A stretch of DNA of 64,000 nt from Marsupella aquatica (lineage: Eukaryota; Plantae; Marchantiophyta). The translations under genes and the position numbers were made by a program. Location: positions 8,146,234 through 8,210,233 of the forward strand of contig OZ316894.1 of NCBI GenBank assembly GCA_973895155.1. The letters are read 5' to 3'. Shown here one piece after another: positions 1-15,694 of the stretch; the stretch's first letter is position 1, and the number at the start of each line of letters is the position of its first letter. The notes under the pieces were generated by a model. It saw nothing but the letters and a program-made list of their open reading frames with translations, was not told the DNA's origin and did no database searches.

Positions 1-542
1 TGATTTAAAAAAATTTACTTTATAAATACTAGCCTGATTCCCCAAAATGATGCTCCCACGGATCACAACTTGGTCTTTTGAAACTAGCATATACCGTTCA
101 TAATTTCAAATATTTTTAATTTTGAGAATGTGCTAGAGGAGTAAGTTAGCTACACTTCAATGAAGTGATAGACTATGGATCTAGCTAGAACATCTAGACA
201 CATGACATGATTCAGATAGCCATGGATCTCATTCAGTTATCCATGGATCCCAAAACGTCTAGACTATGACATGATTCAGCTATCTTTGCAAATGATTGGT
301 TAACAGATTAAACTACAAGTATTTAATGTTTTATCAGTCTACATTTGGGCATGGTACTCCAAACACCTATTGTGAAAAACACAAGTTTAATGATGATGCG
401 GGCATTACTTACAAGACTCTGGGGGCCTTTCAGTGTCTCTCCATCCAAAGCAAAGCTGATGGCCATTTCCTTACATGAAATGCCTGAGCCAAGGTCTGGA
501 AATTATCAATGCAATTCTCTGAAACAAAGCGGCAGTTTGCTC

Positions 543-646
543 CAGGTTTTTAGACCACCTTAAGAGGAGGTCAAGTTTTTGACAAAAAAGCTTGCAGGTT
601 TTTAGACCACCTCAAGAGGAGGTCAAGTTTTTGACAAAAAAGCTTG
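543..646. repeat. 52-bp tandem duplication
   Basis: caggtttttagaccacct(t/c)aagaggaggtcaagtttttgacaaaaaagcttg at 543-594 and 595-646, one mismatch. Confidence 0.9.
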
Positions 647-3518
647 CACACATGAAAAAAAGGGGACCCACTGAGAGATGACTAGGTTTGGTAATGCTTT
701 TGCTTGATTGTGCCCCCAAGTTCATGTAAAGTGGGAGTGCAGCCAGTTCTCACATATGAATGAGTAGGATTGCATCTCTCACTTAGAAAAAAAGGAATTC
801 TGCCCCCAAGTTCTTGTACCCTAAACCCTAAACCCCATTCAAAATGAGGGCCGTTTTTTCTCCACAGCCATAATTTACTAACATTTGCCAATTCTACCTC
901 AATAAAAAGTTTTGACCATTTTTGGTTAAAATTTGTCAGTATTTTTTTGGTTTTTTGGTCTTCAGTATTAGTCACTTTCTGAGTCACCTAATCTTCTTAG
1001 CAGCTTCTCCTTCATAAGGTGACAGCCTAAAAATTACCTAAAGCTAAAAAGCTCATTTATGAAAACACTATAGGTCACACTTTAATTGGATGCTGACGGC
1101 CTACCCATTTCAGTTGAGGTGATTTTATTATAACCCCTTGGATCCCATGAGCTAAGATGCTCCAGTTTCTGTTTAGGTGATTTTATTACAACCCCTTGGG
1201 TCCCATAAGATGCTGTCGCTTCCATTTACGGAATTTTATTTTAACCACATGCAGTATCCATTTAGATGATAATAGATTCAAATCAATTTTTTTCCCTGAG
1301 TGTTGAGGTTTGTGTGTGTAAATGGCTTCCGTGGTGAACCCCTGGTGAAACCCAACTTATGGATGATTGGGGGTTTGCGAAAATCTGGTCTACTTATGAG
1401 CCTTGATTGAACTAGGAATGCCACTTGCTCGAATGACTGATGTTCAGCAAATTTTGCACTTATGATAAGTCTGTGCACAGTTGGGAGCATTTGGAAATGT
1501 GAAGATGTAGTTCACGGTAAGGTTGTGTCTTCACCTTCTGTGTACGTACAATATATGGGCAAAATGGGATTATGGCAGCAAGAAATGATTTTTCCAACAA
1601 TGCTCATCCAGAATTCCAGAGTCCAAGAACTTGGTAGAGGTTGCATACTTGAGCTACATTAAAAGTATACCACTTAGGTGCTGGAGTACCACTAGGATCC
1701 TCTCAAGTGGTTAGATGAGTCATAAGGCAAAATTGTCATGTCCTTGTGTAGGAAACCAAATTTATTCTTCCTTACGTGGGGCTTTAATTTACCTAGTTTG
1801 ATGTTGGTGTTCTTCAAGACTTCAATCCATGGATCACTCCTGGCATTCATAATGTTCTTATCACCTTTTCCTTTCCATATTTATATATAATAGCATGTTT
1901 GAATGTTGTGGCTCCCGTTAGTTTATCCAATCTGTATGGCTGGGATCTGAGTGCTGTGTGGCTGGGATTCTATAAATTACCTGCCACATGTAGCAATTCC
2001 TATCCCACTTGCTGATATACTTTAGTGCCACAAGTAGGAATTCCTATTCCATGATATACTGGTTAGGATATTGGATGTGTAGTTGTGTACCATTGACTCT
2101 TGTCACATTTTCCAATGTGTACATTAGTGTAGTCCTTGAGGGGCACATGTAGTGTTTCACATTTTTTTCTTTCCGTTTTTAGGATGCATGTTTGGTGATT
2201 GTACTCTTTGTACCTCTTTAGGATTGCACTTGTGTGGTGTTTGTCCTCATTGTCCCTCTTTTCTTTCCTTCTTTGTTTTTTTCCTCATTTATCAATTTTG
2301 GCGGAAGCTAAAATTTGGTTTTTTCGAGTCAAAAAAGGAGTCAAGAGGTGTGTCCACGAATACAGACGCGCCGCATCCTTTGTTTCTTTCCTTCGAGCAT
2401 CGAGGCCCTTTCAATCTTTCATCCACCAGAATCAGTGCAGAGATCAAAAGCTACACAGTCAAAGCGCGTCCGTTGTTTTCTCCAACCGAGACTCTCAAAT
2501 ACTGGAGATCGAACAGTTGGCCTTGAGAATCATCAGATAAGATATCAAAAGCTCCTTTCCAAATGCCAAAATCCTCGCTGACTTTGAGGGCCTGCAGCAA
2601 AAGCTGCCAGTTGGCGATGGAGGTGAAAGCGCAGTACATCGGCCCAGGCAAGAATTAGGCAAGCGTGTTGCTGCGCCAGTGGACTCACCTGCTTGAATGT
2701 GTCATATTGTCAAGTTGCCATGCTATTTGTTGATCCGTTCCGAAGTTGTGAACATGACAACGATAACAGCCTGTGATCGAAAGGCAGTTTTTGGTCCGCT
2801 CATCAAGTGCCGTTGAGAACCTTTCAGCGAGCCTTTCAGGTTGACGTCACAGCTGGGAGCTCGCCGGGACGATTTCACAGAATCGTGGCGGATTGAGTTT
2901 CATAATGTATACATTTTTGGTTTAAGAGGTCGGAATTTCTACGGACTTCGGTTATGCCAAGCTAGGAATACTTCCGACGACGCATCGTACTGCTGATATC
3001 TGTTTGGGCAATTTGCACGAGTCTGTAGCTTAGGTGATCTGTCCCATGTTACGAGGGGCATTTGTATCGACGACAGGCAGCTGCTTGTATGACCCAGCAA
3101 ATTCCTGTTGGAAACGAGATGTGCACGCATCGGATTGAAACGTTGGCAGGGTGAGCTCAATTCACGCAACATTGCGTTTTCTTCGTAGTGAGAGGTGACG
3201 AAATCTCAGTGGCAGTTGTCGTCTTATACATATGATCGAGGCATTTACTGAGCTAGATTCAGATTCGGTCAGTGGAGAAATTAACTTAGGCATCTTTTCA
3301 ATTTGATTTCGCAGTGCTACTGAAAAAGACGAACAGGAGAATAATGGGATTAAGGTTTGGCCAGTGGAGAAATTAACCTAGGTAGTCGAAAATTGATCTG
3401 TGTTTACTTCGATTGCGGGCACGCGCTAGCACTGAGTTTAACGATCAACTTTGGACTACCCTCGCTCCTAGGTGACCTCCGTCACGCGGAGACTGATTAC
3501 TTCGAAGTGACTAGTTGG

Positions 3519-6500
3519 ATGGACGGAAGAGGTATTCTTGCTGGGATTCTGCAGTTGCTGCTGATTACATCGACCGTCGGTCCAATTTTAGCTCAAAGTG
3601 GTGAGTTTCCCTTGGCTGTAAATTGGTTAGATCGAGAGTTGGTGGCTTTGGTCGGCCTGGCCTCTACTCTCTGTGTCAAATCTAATGACACAGAGAGTAG
3701 AGTAGAGGCTAGGCCGACCAAAGCCACCACGTTTTACCTTTGCTCTCGTATACATTTTCTCACCTGAAGCACGGCTCACAATGACGAAACTTTGAATTGT
3801 AGACGAGCTTGTGCTAGACGAGGGGACAATCGGTGCGAAACCTCGATTGAATTTGATCATTATGGTTGATGGGATGCAGGCCTGAAAGACAGCGTGAGCA
3901 TTGATTGCGGGAGTGATAGGGACTACACCGACCCAGGGAGTCAAATCAACTGGGTCGCCGATGCTGGCTACATCTGGACAGGGACGAATGCGCAGAACAT
4001 CGCCGTCGTCGATACTGCGAGCATCAACGTAAACCAATCATCATCGTTGCGGTACTTTGACGAAGGGCGAGAGAGAAATTGCTATGTCCTGTATGTGGCC
4101 ACAGAGAACACTTACCTCGTTCGCGCTGCCTTCCACTATGGAGACTGGACGACCCTTGCAAACGTCACGAGCTTCGCAGTCTACCTCAATGGCAACCAGT
4201 GGCTGAACATGTATTTCGATCAGAGTACGTGTGACAACTTACCTCGGACAATCAGCAAGAATGGAATCAATGAAGAGACGATAATTAACTATATCTGCAC
4301 AATGTAATTTATTTGTATGGTTTTGTCACTACATTGATAATTTAAGTAGTGACAAGTTCGACATTCAACAACCGTCATTACGGGAATCTGTCTTCTCGAA
4401 TTGACGGATTGGTTAACATCTTAGGGGACAAACAGGAATGCTACCCACAAATCAAGGTCGCGTTCAAGACAACTTTTACTTAAAACTGAAGTGGCCTGGA
4501 CGATTAATTTCATGTGACAATTGACAATTGACTGATGGCTTCTAATTCACCCTCTCAGTTACGTTATTGACAATTGACTGATGGCTTCCAATTCACCCAC
4601 CGCGATTTCCCAGAAGTTTTGATAAGAAGACCGTGCGGGCCGGGTACTTTTTGTTCTGGTTTGCAGTCACTTCAACTTTTCCAACTCGTTTCTTTGCACT
4701 CGAGCATGCAAAGTAATTCTCGTGGGTTGGGTTTATGTAATTATCTTGCACGTACGGGGCACAATTTGATCCCGGGTAACGAAATTTGATGGGTATATAC
4801 GAGTAGGAAATGGAGGGAATGCTTTTAGCTTGAAGAGCGCTTTCGGGAATCAATTGTGTATGACCTCTACATTCTACATTTGAGTCTCTCACTTATAAAC
4901 AGAGGGGAAAATCCCAATGTGTTTGAATGATGCTGCTTTGGACCTCTTAATGAAGGGAATGCTTTTTTCGTGACTGACTCCTTTGTATATGACTTCTACA
5001 TGCTACATGAGTCTCTCATTACCAGAGGAACTATTGAATGTGGTTGAATAGTGCTGCTTGGAAAATTTGTTGCATATCTGATTCAAAAATTGTCGTTAAG
5101 TTGGGCACTAATTTGGGGAGCTCTGTTCGTCTGTCATATTCTGATTTCGGGTGGGATTTGTCATAAGAACAGGTGGTTACTACCCGACCACGTTATGGTA
5201 TGAGGCTTTCGTGTACATGACCACCCCCATCCTCGATGTCTGCCTGAGGAGACAGGAAGGGATGCCATTCATATCTTCGTTAGAGTTGCGGAAAATGGAC
5301 ACTGGAATGTACTTGTCTGTGGTGGGGAATCACAAATACATGGGCACGACCACAAGAATCAACGCTGGTGCAACTCTAAACGGTCCTTATCTCAGGTATG
5401 CCGCCCCACCAAAACGGTAATTGCAGTGCCGACTGCAAGTGCTGATAGTCAATTGTTGTTTATTTAGATTTTGAGATTAATTTCTCAACTTGGTTTGTCT
5501 TGTTTTGATGATCGATCTTTCTGATTTCCTTGCCTGCAAGCAGTTCGAGTGTGAAATTGTTTCCTGACCTTGTTTTAGCCCAACTGCCCCACCGTGATGC
5601 CTTAATTAGTTAGCAAAGCCCATTATTGACGCTATTGCCGTATCTTATTGTCATGGGCGACCCTCAAGGAGCTTTCAGCTCGGATTAATATATAGGGCCT
5701 GCAACCTTAATTGCCTCCTTCCTATGTAAGTTCATGGACGTGTAGCTAAATTACCCTGAATTGTGCGCTTGGTCATAGGTATCCAGAGGATGACTATGAC
5801 CGCATTTGGTCAGCACCAGGGGATTGGGCCAAAGAGCTTCTGACTGTCAACACGACCAATCTCGCTTCAAATGGGCTGAAAGAGCGACCACCAGTGAAGG
5901 TAATGGAAGATGCTTGGCACTATTCGCTCGGGTTCAGTTACACTCACATATACGAAGGGGTCACTTCCGTTGGTCAAATTGCTACCTACAGCTACTTCCA
6001 GGACATCGGTGGATCAGCCAACGCTACCTACGTCAGAGGGATGCAGTACATCATCAATGGTTTGCTCATCGATACGTTCAATTTGACGTCAGATCAACCG
6101 TACGAGGTCAAAAGTTGCATCCTGGATATCTACGATCGAAATAGCGTGACCATCGCTGTGCAAAAAGATCCTTTGTCCGATTTGGATCCCATCTTAAATG
6201 CCTTTGAGATCTACTTAGTGCAGGATTGGGACGGAATATCAACTGCCAGCCAAGAAGGTCAGTCCAAATTGTTCTTCTGAATTTGAAGCTTTGAATTTTA
6301 CTAGCTGTTTTTAGGACAGTAACATATATACATGATTTATCCTGACAGGTGGGACATCGAATGTAGAAGTGCTCCTCAGTTGACTTCCAGCCGGGCGTCC
6401 ATTTTACTACTAGTATCTGCCATGCTAGGGTTTAATATAAGGACTGAAAGAAAGAAAATTAAATTGATTCAAAGGACAGCGTTTCAGTGGCACTCTGTTT

Positions 6501-9500
6501 GGAATTTTGAGCTCCAATCTGTTTTGAGTACTTAAAGTCTACACATTCTTGAATAGATTCGTTTGGGGCCAAGGTACTAGGAAGACAAGTTTCATTCTCT
6601 CTAGCTAGACTGACCCACTAGTTACCCAAGCTAGATGTAAGAGTACAAGGTAGCATCACTTCCAACCACATCAATCACGATAAACCCTACGGTGCACTTT
6701 GTTATGTCAAAGCTCTATTAGTCATGCAACAGTGAAGTTCAAAATTGCTCACAGACAGGTCTTCAAAATATTGCCCGCATAGAATTCAATGAGTTGAAAT
6801 TTGTCGATGCCAGTACGCACCCATTTACAGCTGTAGATATTTGCTTGTTTGAAATGGTGACGCGGCGTATCTGCAGTGAAAGTAATTGAAAATATCAAGG
6901 TCCTCCTCAACTTGAGCGACTGGACTGGCGATCCATGCGTCCCAGTTCCTTACGATTGGTTGCGGTGCGAAAACTATTCCGCCAACCACAATTACGCCTC
7001 CCTAAACAATCAAACAATATCGGGGGGAAGGGTGACCGCTACTACAGTCATCACAAATATGTGAGTACTCCTTCGATGGAATTCGCTGCCGTTGAGCCCA
7101 ATACAGTTCAGAATTTAGTGACAAATATGTGAATTGAATCGGTGAGTATATATATATAGAATTCCTGCAAAACTCTGTGAGGCAAATCCCTAAAAAAATT
7201 ATGCGAAGCGTTACTTTTCGGCAAATATGTTAGACAATTACTTGACATGTTAACAGAGTTCATGATTATTAATGCATCATATTGCATTGTCGTGTCGTTT
7301 ACTCATGGTGATAGGAACTTGAGCTATACAGACATGGCGAGTATTCCTTCCATTGACTGGAGCACACTGGGGAATCTTACTGGCTTGGACTTATCTATGA
7401 ACAATTTCGGTGGCGATGTTGTAACGTTTGTACAAAACGTCAGTATGATCAAAAGTCTACAACAACTGTGAGTGCGAACCATTTTTGTACGAGATAGAGG
7501 ATGTTGGACCTCCTTAGTCATTTGAGCACTTACTAATGCAGGATCTCAACCGATTGCACAATATATAATATGTTAATATTCTCAGCTGATCTAGCTAGCT
7601 TTACCTTTGTTTCGACCAAGTTTACCGTCCTTTCTACTGAATCGAATTCAATTCTAGACAGATGTGAAGTGGCGTCCTCTGGAGGGGTGTTGGGTTTGTA
7701 TATAACGCATACCAAATGTTCTCCACTAACTTGTTCCATCCCTTTGATTTCAGAAATGCGGCGAATATGAATTTGCTTGGAGAGTTTCCACTTGGCCATT
7801 TATATGACACTGGGATGTTCCCAAACTTAACAGAAGCGTGAGTATTGATAGTGCGATCTTGTATTTTATAAATTTAGTTCGTGATTTAGGCCATACATTC
7901 GAGCTTCTCACATAGCCAGACACAGGTGCTATTTGCTCTTATTTGCTTCCGCAGCTTACAACCCGCTCTATCCTATATGGATCATCTAAATTGGTTGAAG
8001 CTGGATGATCACTACGTACCTGATATGGTCCGTGGCACAGAATGACCTGCAAAATTTGTAAATCTTTGAATCTTCAGATATTTCGACGAAAATCCGTACA
8101 TCCATGGGATTTTAGATCTCACTAGTTGGCGAAAGGCTTTGATATCTTGGAATGCTGCCAATGCCAACGACAATGTGAAAGTAGCTGGGAATTTTTCTCT
8201 GTTGACCGGGCCATCGCCAGGGTTTCCAACGATTTCTTTGAGGAACAACAATATTATTGACATACATCCCAGTCTGGAGGATATGACGTCGGACATCGAC
8301 ACATTTCTGCGGGGTTTTGTGAATCGAGCCGACTCTTTCGTCAACTATGGCATTTTGTAAGCTACCTACCTACGTTCCTTTCCATTTCTGGTTTCAGATG
8401 GGAAGAAAACAAATCGGACAGGTCTCTGAATAATTGTTGCAATCGCTTGTGCCTCAGCAATTTGTACAGTCGTATTTGGCACGTAACTAGTGCCTGGTCG
8501 TGTGAATGGACGAGATTTCCAGAAAGCAACCGCATGTAATTAATTCATCTGAGGGGCATGGCACATTCCGTGGTCAGTATTCGTGTGTACGTACATATTC
8601 TGCTTGTTGCTATTGGTTCGTTAGACTTTTGACAGCGAAGGAGCTGATCATCCCATCGATCTTGCCAGGCTTGGTGGCAACCCATGGTGCCTGCAAACGG
8701 ACTTCAGCGCTCAACCTCTTTCTCAACAATACCTATGCCGTTCGTCCGCCAGCGATTATCTTCCCGGTGAGGTTGCAACATTCACAGAAATCAATTGTTT
8801 CTCTCTCAACCTACATTCACTGATCATCACAGGATACAGTTCATGCATATATACCCGTCGTCTATATTTGAGCGATTCAGTACGTACTCACAGAATTGGT
8901 TACTCTGAAATTGGTCATCGTGATAGCGATGTACACGAGAGCACAAAAGACTTCTGCCCTTAAAAGACTGAAACTTTTTGTGAGGTATAGGTCATGAATT
9001 TATTCCCTGGGAGGCCGGACTTGAAAGTATCGTGCTGGCCAGAGCTGACAAAAACTGTCTACTGTCAGGCTTATCGAGCTTGAATTCTCCCCCAAAGGCT
9101 AAAGACATGGGCGCTATTATTGGTGTCGTAGTCGGAGCCTCCGCCTTGGTTGCTATCGTTTGCTTCGCAGCTATGTGGTGGTCCAGGAGCAGGTTGAAGA
9201 AACAAACGTCTGCTCTCAAGGAGATCCAGGACGGTGAGAATTGAGTCTACATTACGTTGGCCATTTCTCTTTCGCAACCCTGTTCTGCATTCTTCAGGCT
9301 TGGGATTGTTGAGCCCTCCTTAATTCCTCGATCCAAAAGTATCGTGACTTCTTACTTTCTTCACCCACACTCTGCAGCTTTGGAGAGACAGAAAGTACAG
9401 CCGCCGTTCTATAAGTACGCTGACCTACGAGCGGCTACAAATGAGTTCTCCTCCGGAAATGAACTGGGACATGGAGCTTTTGGTAACGTTTACAAGGTAA

Positions 9501-11720
9501 TTGATGTAAATTAACTTTGTTCCTATCTATCCGCCAACTGACAGTTCTGAACCAACTTAAGACTTCGGTGCATAGATATATATGAAGGGTTGATAATTGT
9601 TCAACAATTGCTTGAAGTAATATGAAAGCCAAACAAAGCTGCTTCAGTTTGCACATCGCATGCATGTGCATGCTCTCACAGCCTCAAAAGTTAGCATTGG
9701 TCCAAATGACGAACATGCGACGATCGATGTGACATGCTCCACGCAGGGAACGTTATTGGACAGTAGAGATGGAACAGTAGAGCAAGTTGCGGTGAAAAAG
9801 CTGTACCCCTCGAAGCAAGCGCTGACAGAGTTTCTGAACGAGGTAGTCCTGATCACCGGGATTAAGCACCGTAACCTGGTTCAGCTGAAAGGCTGTTGCA
9901 TTCATAAGACCGACATGCGCATGCTGGTGTACGAGTATGCTGAGAATGGCAATCTAGCAGAAGCACTATGGGGTATGTACGAGTCGATCTTCGTCTTAAT
10001 TTGAGTACATTTCAACAATGCAGATCTTGTTCATGTGAGGTGATGATTGATCGGTACGTAGATATATTGCAAGGATATATCAGGTCTGTGCTTCGGATGT
10101 GTAGCAAAGTCTGCATGTTGTCATAATATACTTACTCTTAACTAAATGGTGTTTTAGATCGGATAGAAATACATGCTTATAGTATATCAGATTGATAAAA
10201 GTTGCATTTCGATGTGTTATTTGCAAACAGATAAGGGTGGTAAAGAGGAGCCGAGCAGATCTACTCTAGACTGGCAGCAGCGGTTGAATATTTGCGTGGG
10301 AATTGCTCGTGGGCTCTCATATCTCCACGAAGAGCTGCAACCTCGGATCATTCACAGAGACATAAAACCTCCCAACATTCTAATGGACAAGAATTTCAAT
10401 CCCAAGATTGCGGACTTTGGAACCGCTCGCTCTCTATCGGAAGAAATTGAAGCCGAAGACAGCTTCACAAAAAATGTTGCTGGGACTAAGTATGTAAATA
10501 GCTTGTAACACCTGTCCATTTGCAGGAGAGAAATCAAATTGAGTTCTTAAATGTAGCTAATAAAATGTACCAACTCTTGACACGAGAAACGTTCGATTTA
10601 CGGATTTGTCAATTAATTACCTTGTGCTCCTATAGTAAGTTGTGGTAGCCACGTACTGATCTGTCGACATGTTGTGTTTGGTTAAATTGACAGAGGTTAC
10701 TTTTCTCCAGAGTACGCAACTAACGGCCAGCTGACGGAGAAGGCCGATGTCTATAGTTTCGGAATTGTTCTATTGGAAATTGTTAGCGGGAGGAGATGCA
10801 TTGACCCTCAATTACCTGTTGAAAGACAATTCCTCCACAATTGGGTAAGCTCAAAATGTCCACCAGTACATGACTCGTATATATTAGCAGATCCTATCTG
10901 ATCGATAGGCTTGGCTATTCGTTGATGTTACACGTGCTGTGCAGTATATAAGTGAAATACAAGTCCAGGTTTCGAGAAAATTTTACGTATGAGACCTCGA
11001 TCACGGTATCTATCATGTGGAGATTTGAGAGAAAATTCATGAAATCTGGAAACAAAAAAATGGGCCGGCGGAGAATGAGCAACTAGCTCATTTGTGTTGG
11101 CGTGAACAACTTTGTGCCGAAAAATATTTTCGTCCTCTGAAACAACTCTCTTTAAATATAGAAATGTTGTGACATTTTGTACAGCTCCCGTTCCTGCCTC
11201 GTGTCCTGCCTCTATATTTATCAATTTCGGTCTAGCTTATTCATGACGCATGTCTCAGGTGCACGTTCAGATATGGCGCTCTTGCGCATAATATAATCTT
11301 TGGTGTACCAGAATCTGATCAAGCAATTATAATTGTTCACATGTGCAGGCTCGAAAGTTGAAGGACGATGGTGGGAACCTGCTAGATTTGGTTGATCCTA
11401 CTGTACGAAAGACTGCAAACGATGAAGAGGTCTTCCGAGTGATCAATATCGCATTTTTATGTCTCGACTTCTATCCAGAAAAGAGACCAAGAATGTCAGA
11501 GGCAGTAAGCATGCTCCATGGACTAATGGATGTCACATTCTACAAGCCGGAATCAAGTACCAATAGTTTAAATTTTGGCCGACCAAGGTCTCAACACAAC
11601 TATGTGAAGCTTGCTTTGGACCAAGTTTGTGAAGAAGATTCAATGGACAGCCTCTTGATGACTGGTACCTCAAGCGAGAGTAACCGTGACTTGGAGTTGA
11701 CTAGGCTGTCAGCCAGATAG
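3519..11720 (+). CDS. Malectin-like domain / LRR receptor-like Ser/Thr kinase, paralogue 1 (about 15 exons)
   Basis: Signal peptide [19 protein letters not shown]; malectin-like motifs [40 protein letters not shown]; WTGDPCVP; LRR exons; [24 protein letters not shown]; kinase [38 protein letters not shown]. Approximate GT-AG exons: 3519-3600, 3880-4224, 5173-5395, 5779-6257, 6877-7040, 7315-7467, 7754-7837, 8078-8356, 8669-8766, 9069-9233, 9378-9496, 9747-9973, 10231-10489, 10694-10844, 11350-11720. Confidence 0.92.
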
Positions 11721-14700
11721 CTCCTACTTAAATTCAAAAGTGCAGCCTTAATTAGTCGGCAGTTTGTAGTAATCGTACACAGCGACCAGTCAATCCTACG
11801 AGAAGTATGTCTGTATGAATCCCAGTATGAATTAGGCAGGGAATTAGGAGCTTGAATTGGGACGGATCATTGCAGTGGGACGTGGTTATTCGATCCATAA
11901 TTAACTCACAAGCCTCAGTGATTGTCTGCTTAAGAGGTGAACTGGCAACTGACTTCGAAAGACAGTGAGGAACACTGTTCTGACAGCTTCATCATTCAGC
12001 TTGTTTCAAGCGCAAATGCTAGCTACTCCTCAGAGCGTTAGTAAGGTCCCAAGCACACAGCATTCGTTTTCTACGATGTACATTTCCTGACCAATGATTA
12101 TGGCGTGAAAAATTCAATTGTTTGGGAGTGAACTCTCCCCAATACCCACCGATTTTGGCCTAGCTGCACGCGCGCGGAATAGCTGTGCCATCCAATTAGC
12201 CGGTTCCCTACTGTGTTCGATTTCCTGCATTACCAGGATTTTTATGTAATTTAGCAGATGCGGGTGCATGGTAGCCTTCAAATTCTGAAAAAAACGCAGT
12301 CTTTTGCTTTTGAGTGGCAATGCTTTAATTTGCATTTTAGTGGCAATGCTTTAATTTGCGTTTGAGCGGCAATGACTCGACCTTGTAAGGCCTATTTTCG
12401 GTCCCTTCAATTGCGAACACGGTCGACCTGAGCAGCTGAGTACATCACACTAGATGTCCTTGAAAAGACCGAGATGCACAATCGTTGCATCGAGGAACAA
12501 TCAGAGGGCCAGAACAATAGAAGTCTCCAAATTTTCCATCACCCTGCCAATTTAAAACTGTTCATGGACTTGCATGGAGCATGTTATATTCTCATGAATT
12601 GAAGTGAAGATAATATTCATGGAGCTGAAACAGGCAATGACGATCGAGGACGGTGCGGGGATCGATATTAAGTCGATGTTTAATTGCAGTGCATGAATTG
12701 CTACAGAAAATAATGATAAAATTATACAGTAAATTCAATTGTTCACAATGTCTTGAAGTGCTCACGCCCGCGATGTAAGCAGGCGCTTGGCATAGCGGAA
12801 AATCAGAGCACGCAGAGTTTCCACTGGTAAAGTAATCCACAGGTTCATACCTTGCAGGCCAGCATCATCTACAGGTGATTCAATTCCTTTCAATTCGCTG
12901 ACACCTTCTTACAGTTGTCAACTCAGTCCAAGAGAGATCGAATTTTGTTCCATGCTTATTACTGGTCCCTATCGTATAATTCTTATAGCAATAAGTGAAA
13001 AGGACTGCCATGGCTTCAAATTTATCATAATCCTTGTTAAACTTCAGACTGAATACAACTCAAATTGGAAGGGCCTCCAATTGTACATTATGCAATCCGG
13101 TTAGGAATTACAGCTTGTACATCCAATTCTTTTAATTTTTTCTTGAAAGGAGCACTTTGTACATCTACTTGTAAGGTCAATAGTAAGCTAGAGTGAGGCA
13201 GTATGGACACCCAAAAAGAAAAATGTTTGCTTGATTGTACCCTGAGTTTGGTACCTTGATTGATCACTAACGTATCCCATGAAATAACACTTTTCAATTT
13301 GGGGTCCATCAAACATACTCCAAGAATCCAGAGCTCGATCTTGTCACCTTTACTTAATCAAGCTTTACTTAATGAAGAAGGAACAGTAAGAGCACCCTTA
13401 AGAATTAATAAAATAGACATGCCGTGTGCCTGGAAACCATTAATGATGGGGAGTTGTCACCATGGCAATAAAAAATGAGTGTAACCATAACAGTGTTTAG
13501 GGTTTATGAATTAAAAAATTAGACTTAAAGAATTCTCCACGAAACAAATTCACCGTTTCAGACCTGTAAGTCCAGGGAAAAAATATGTTGCCCATTCGTG
13601 ATCCAGACGCGAGATTCCAAAACAATAAAATACATGGGGCAAAACACTTTAGAAATTTTATTTTTTCTATTGAAATGAGTTGCCAACACATGTTTTGGCT
13701 AGGTGGCACCAAAATATAGGAAACACCTGTCAAAAGGCATGGAAAAGATTCTGCTGATAGATATAGCGGCTGCAGGAAAGTAAATTAAATTAATATTTTG
13801 CTATCAAAGACTGCAAACAGGTGGCGACAATACACAATCTCGACGGCCATGATAGGGGGTGGATGGAGACTTCACATTACCTGCCCCCTATATGCCTGCA
13901 ATCAATACTACACGGCCAGGTGATAGGGAAAATGTGAACTCTGAAGTGAAATGTCACAATGTCATCTGACGTGAAATGTCCCTTGTTTGACCTATGGTGA
14001 TAGAGGAAATGGCAACGTCACAAATGGCAACGTCACAAACGAAACGCCCAGGCTGGGCAAAATGTCCTAAATTATAGGTATACAGTTTGCCTAATAGCTA
14101 ACAAAACGGGTCCAATTTTCACCCAACCTTGCAGGGACGAACGTGTGTACTTTTGAAACTAAGTAAAAAACATGCTATGAAAATCAATTTGTCCTGCTGG
14201 TAATCACATATCACCATGTATTAATATTTAATATATACTGTGCACTCACTCATTTAACGAAAATAATTATGTTTATCATGGTATGGGGCTATGTCTATCG
14301 AGAACTATAATAAAGTGTTGCGCCAAAAAATAACTTAGTCGTCTTTCAAAAATGCCGGGTCGTTTTGGGTGACAATAACCAAAATGGGAAATAATGGAAG
14401 GCTTAAGGAGAAAAACATCACATAGCGTCCCAACCTTGCATCCCCTCCCACGCTGCAACTGCATGCTGCGCCACGACCGATGTTGCTGGCTGCGCCAGCG
14501 AGCGACTCTCACTATATATGTAACAATTGACTCCCGCCATGTAATGTTGAGCGATTGACTCGCAAGTGTCTGACTCCCTCCCCTCCCGACGACTCCCTCC
14601 CTGACTCCCCTCGCTCCTCCCTCCTCCCGACGAGTCCCTCCTCACCACCTCGCCTTGCGACTCCCGTGGGCCCTCCATCGTCTTGCCCTTGGTCGGCCCT

Positions 14701-14793
14701 CGCCTCGCCTTCTGTCGCCCTCATGTGGCCTCGCCCTCCGGGAGTCTTCTGCTTCTCGAGCTCGAGCTATGGTGGCATGCAGGTCAATAGTTA

Positions 14794-14893
14794 GCTTGCG
14801 ATGGAGGCCTCCCTTGCTGAAGCAACTGGTCCGTGGTGTCGATGGTGTGCTTGCGATGGAGGCCTCCCTTGCTGAAGCAACTGGTCCGTGGTC
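14794..14893. repeat. Direct duplication of about 45 bp in a GC-rich, TE-like segment
   Basis: gcttgcgatggaggcctcccttgctgaagcaactggtccgtggt occurs twice, 55 bp apart. Confidence 0.8.
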
Positions 14894-15694
14894 TGCAGCA
14901 TCGCCTCGATGGGCTCGGGAGGGCCGGCGCTGTCTTGCCCACAGCCCACACCATCACCACTCGTCAGGCCTGGGCAGGGCAGGGCCGTTGCAGTGAGGGT
15001 GGGCAGCCCTGCAGCGGACGTGCTCACAGGGGGTCGGCTGGGGCGACTGCCAGGACCTGGGCAGACTGCTGGATCGCCGGGCAGGCTGTCGGGGTCCTTT
15101 ATACCCCGACTTGTGGTTTAAGTTTCCCTTCGTGAGGGCAAGTCACCCTCACATCGCCCTCCATGAGTTGCCTCGCCCGGCTTCCCTCGCCCGGCTTCCC
15201 TCTCGACTCTCCCCAGCCAACTGCTGACTCGCCCTCCCTTATTTAGCTTGCACACCACCTCCATTAGGGCGTCGCATCTATGCCGGGCCTGCGCCAGGGA
15301 AATTCCAGGTGCCAATACCCTGAAGTTTTGTACTGGCTTTTTTAGTGACCCGGTTGTCCGCTGTGTCCGCTATGCTTGACTCCGTTTAGGTTTGAGGCAA
15401 AGTTCAAACCCCATTTTGCCACACCCAGTTTTGAATCCCGGTGTTCATTATGAAGTAGTGATTAGAGGTACCCAGGTGACTGGAAGGATCCTGGAAAGGT
15501 ATAGGGTTGAGACCCCCTATTGCGCAATCTTGGACAGTGTGAGGCTTGGGGTCTCCTGGTCTCAGGTCCAGGCGTCTAAACTCCAGGTCTTGGAGTCTTG
15601 GGCCTAATTAAGTGTCTGAACTTGGGGTCTTTGTTAGGTGAGGTTGGGGGTATTGGGTCCACGCGCTTTGAAGTCGGAGAGTGTGAGGTCAGTC

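Noticed and set aside
12360-13740. Possible decayed coding or retroelement remnant
   Set aside because: Resemblance is too weak and fragmented to call.
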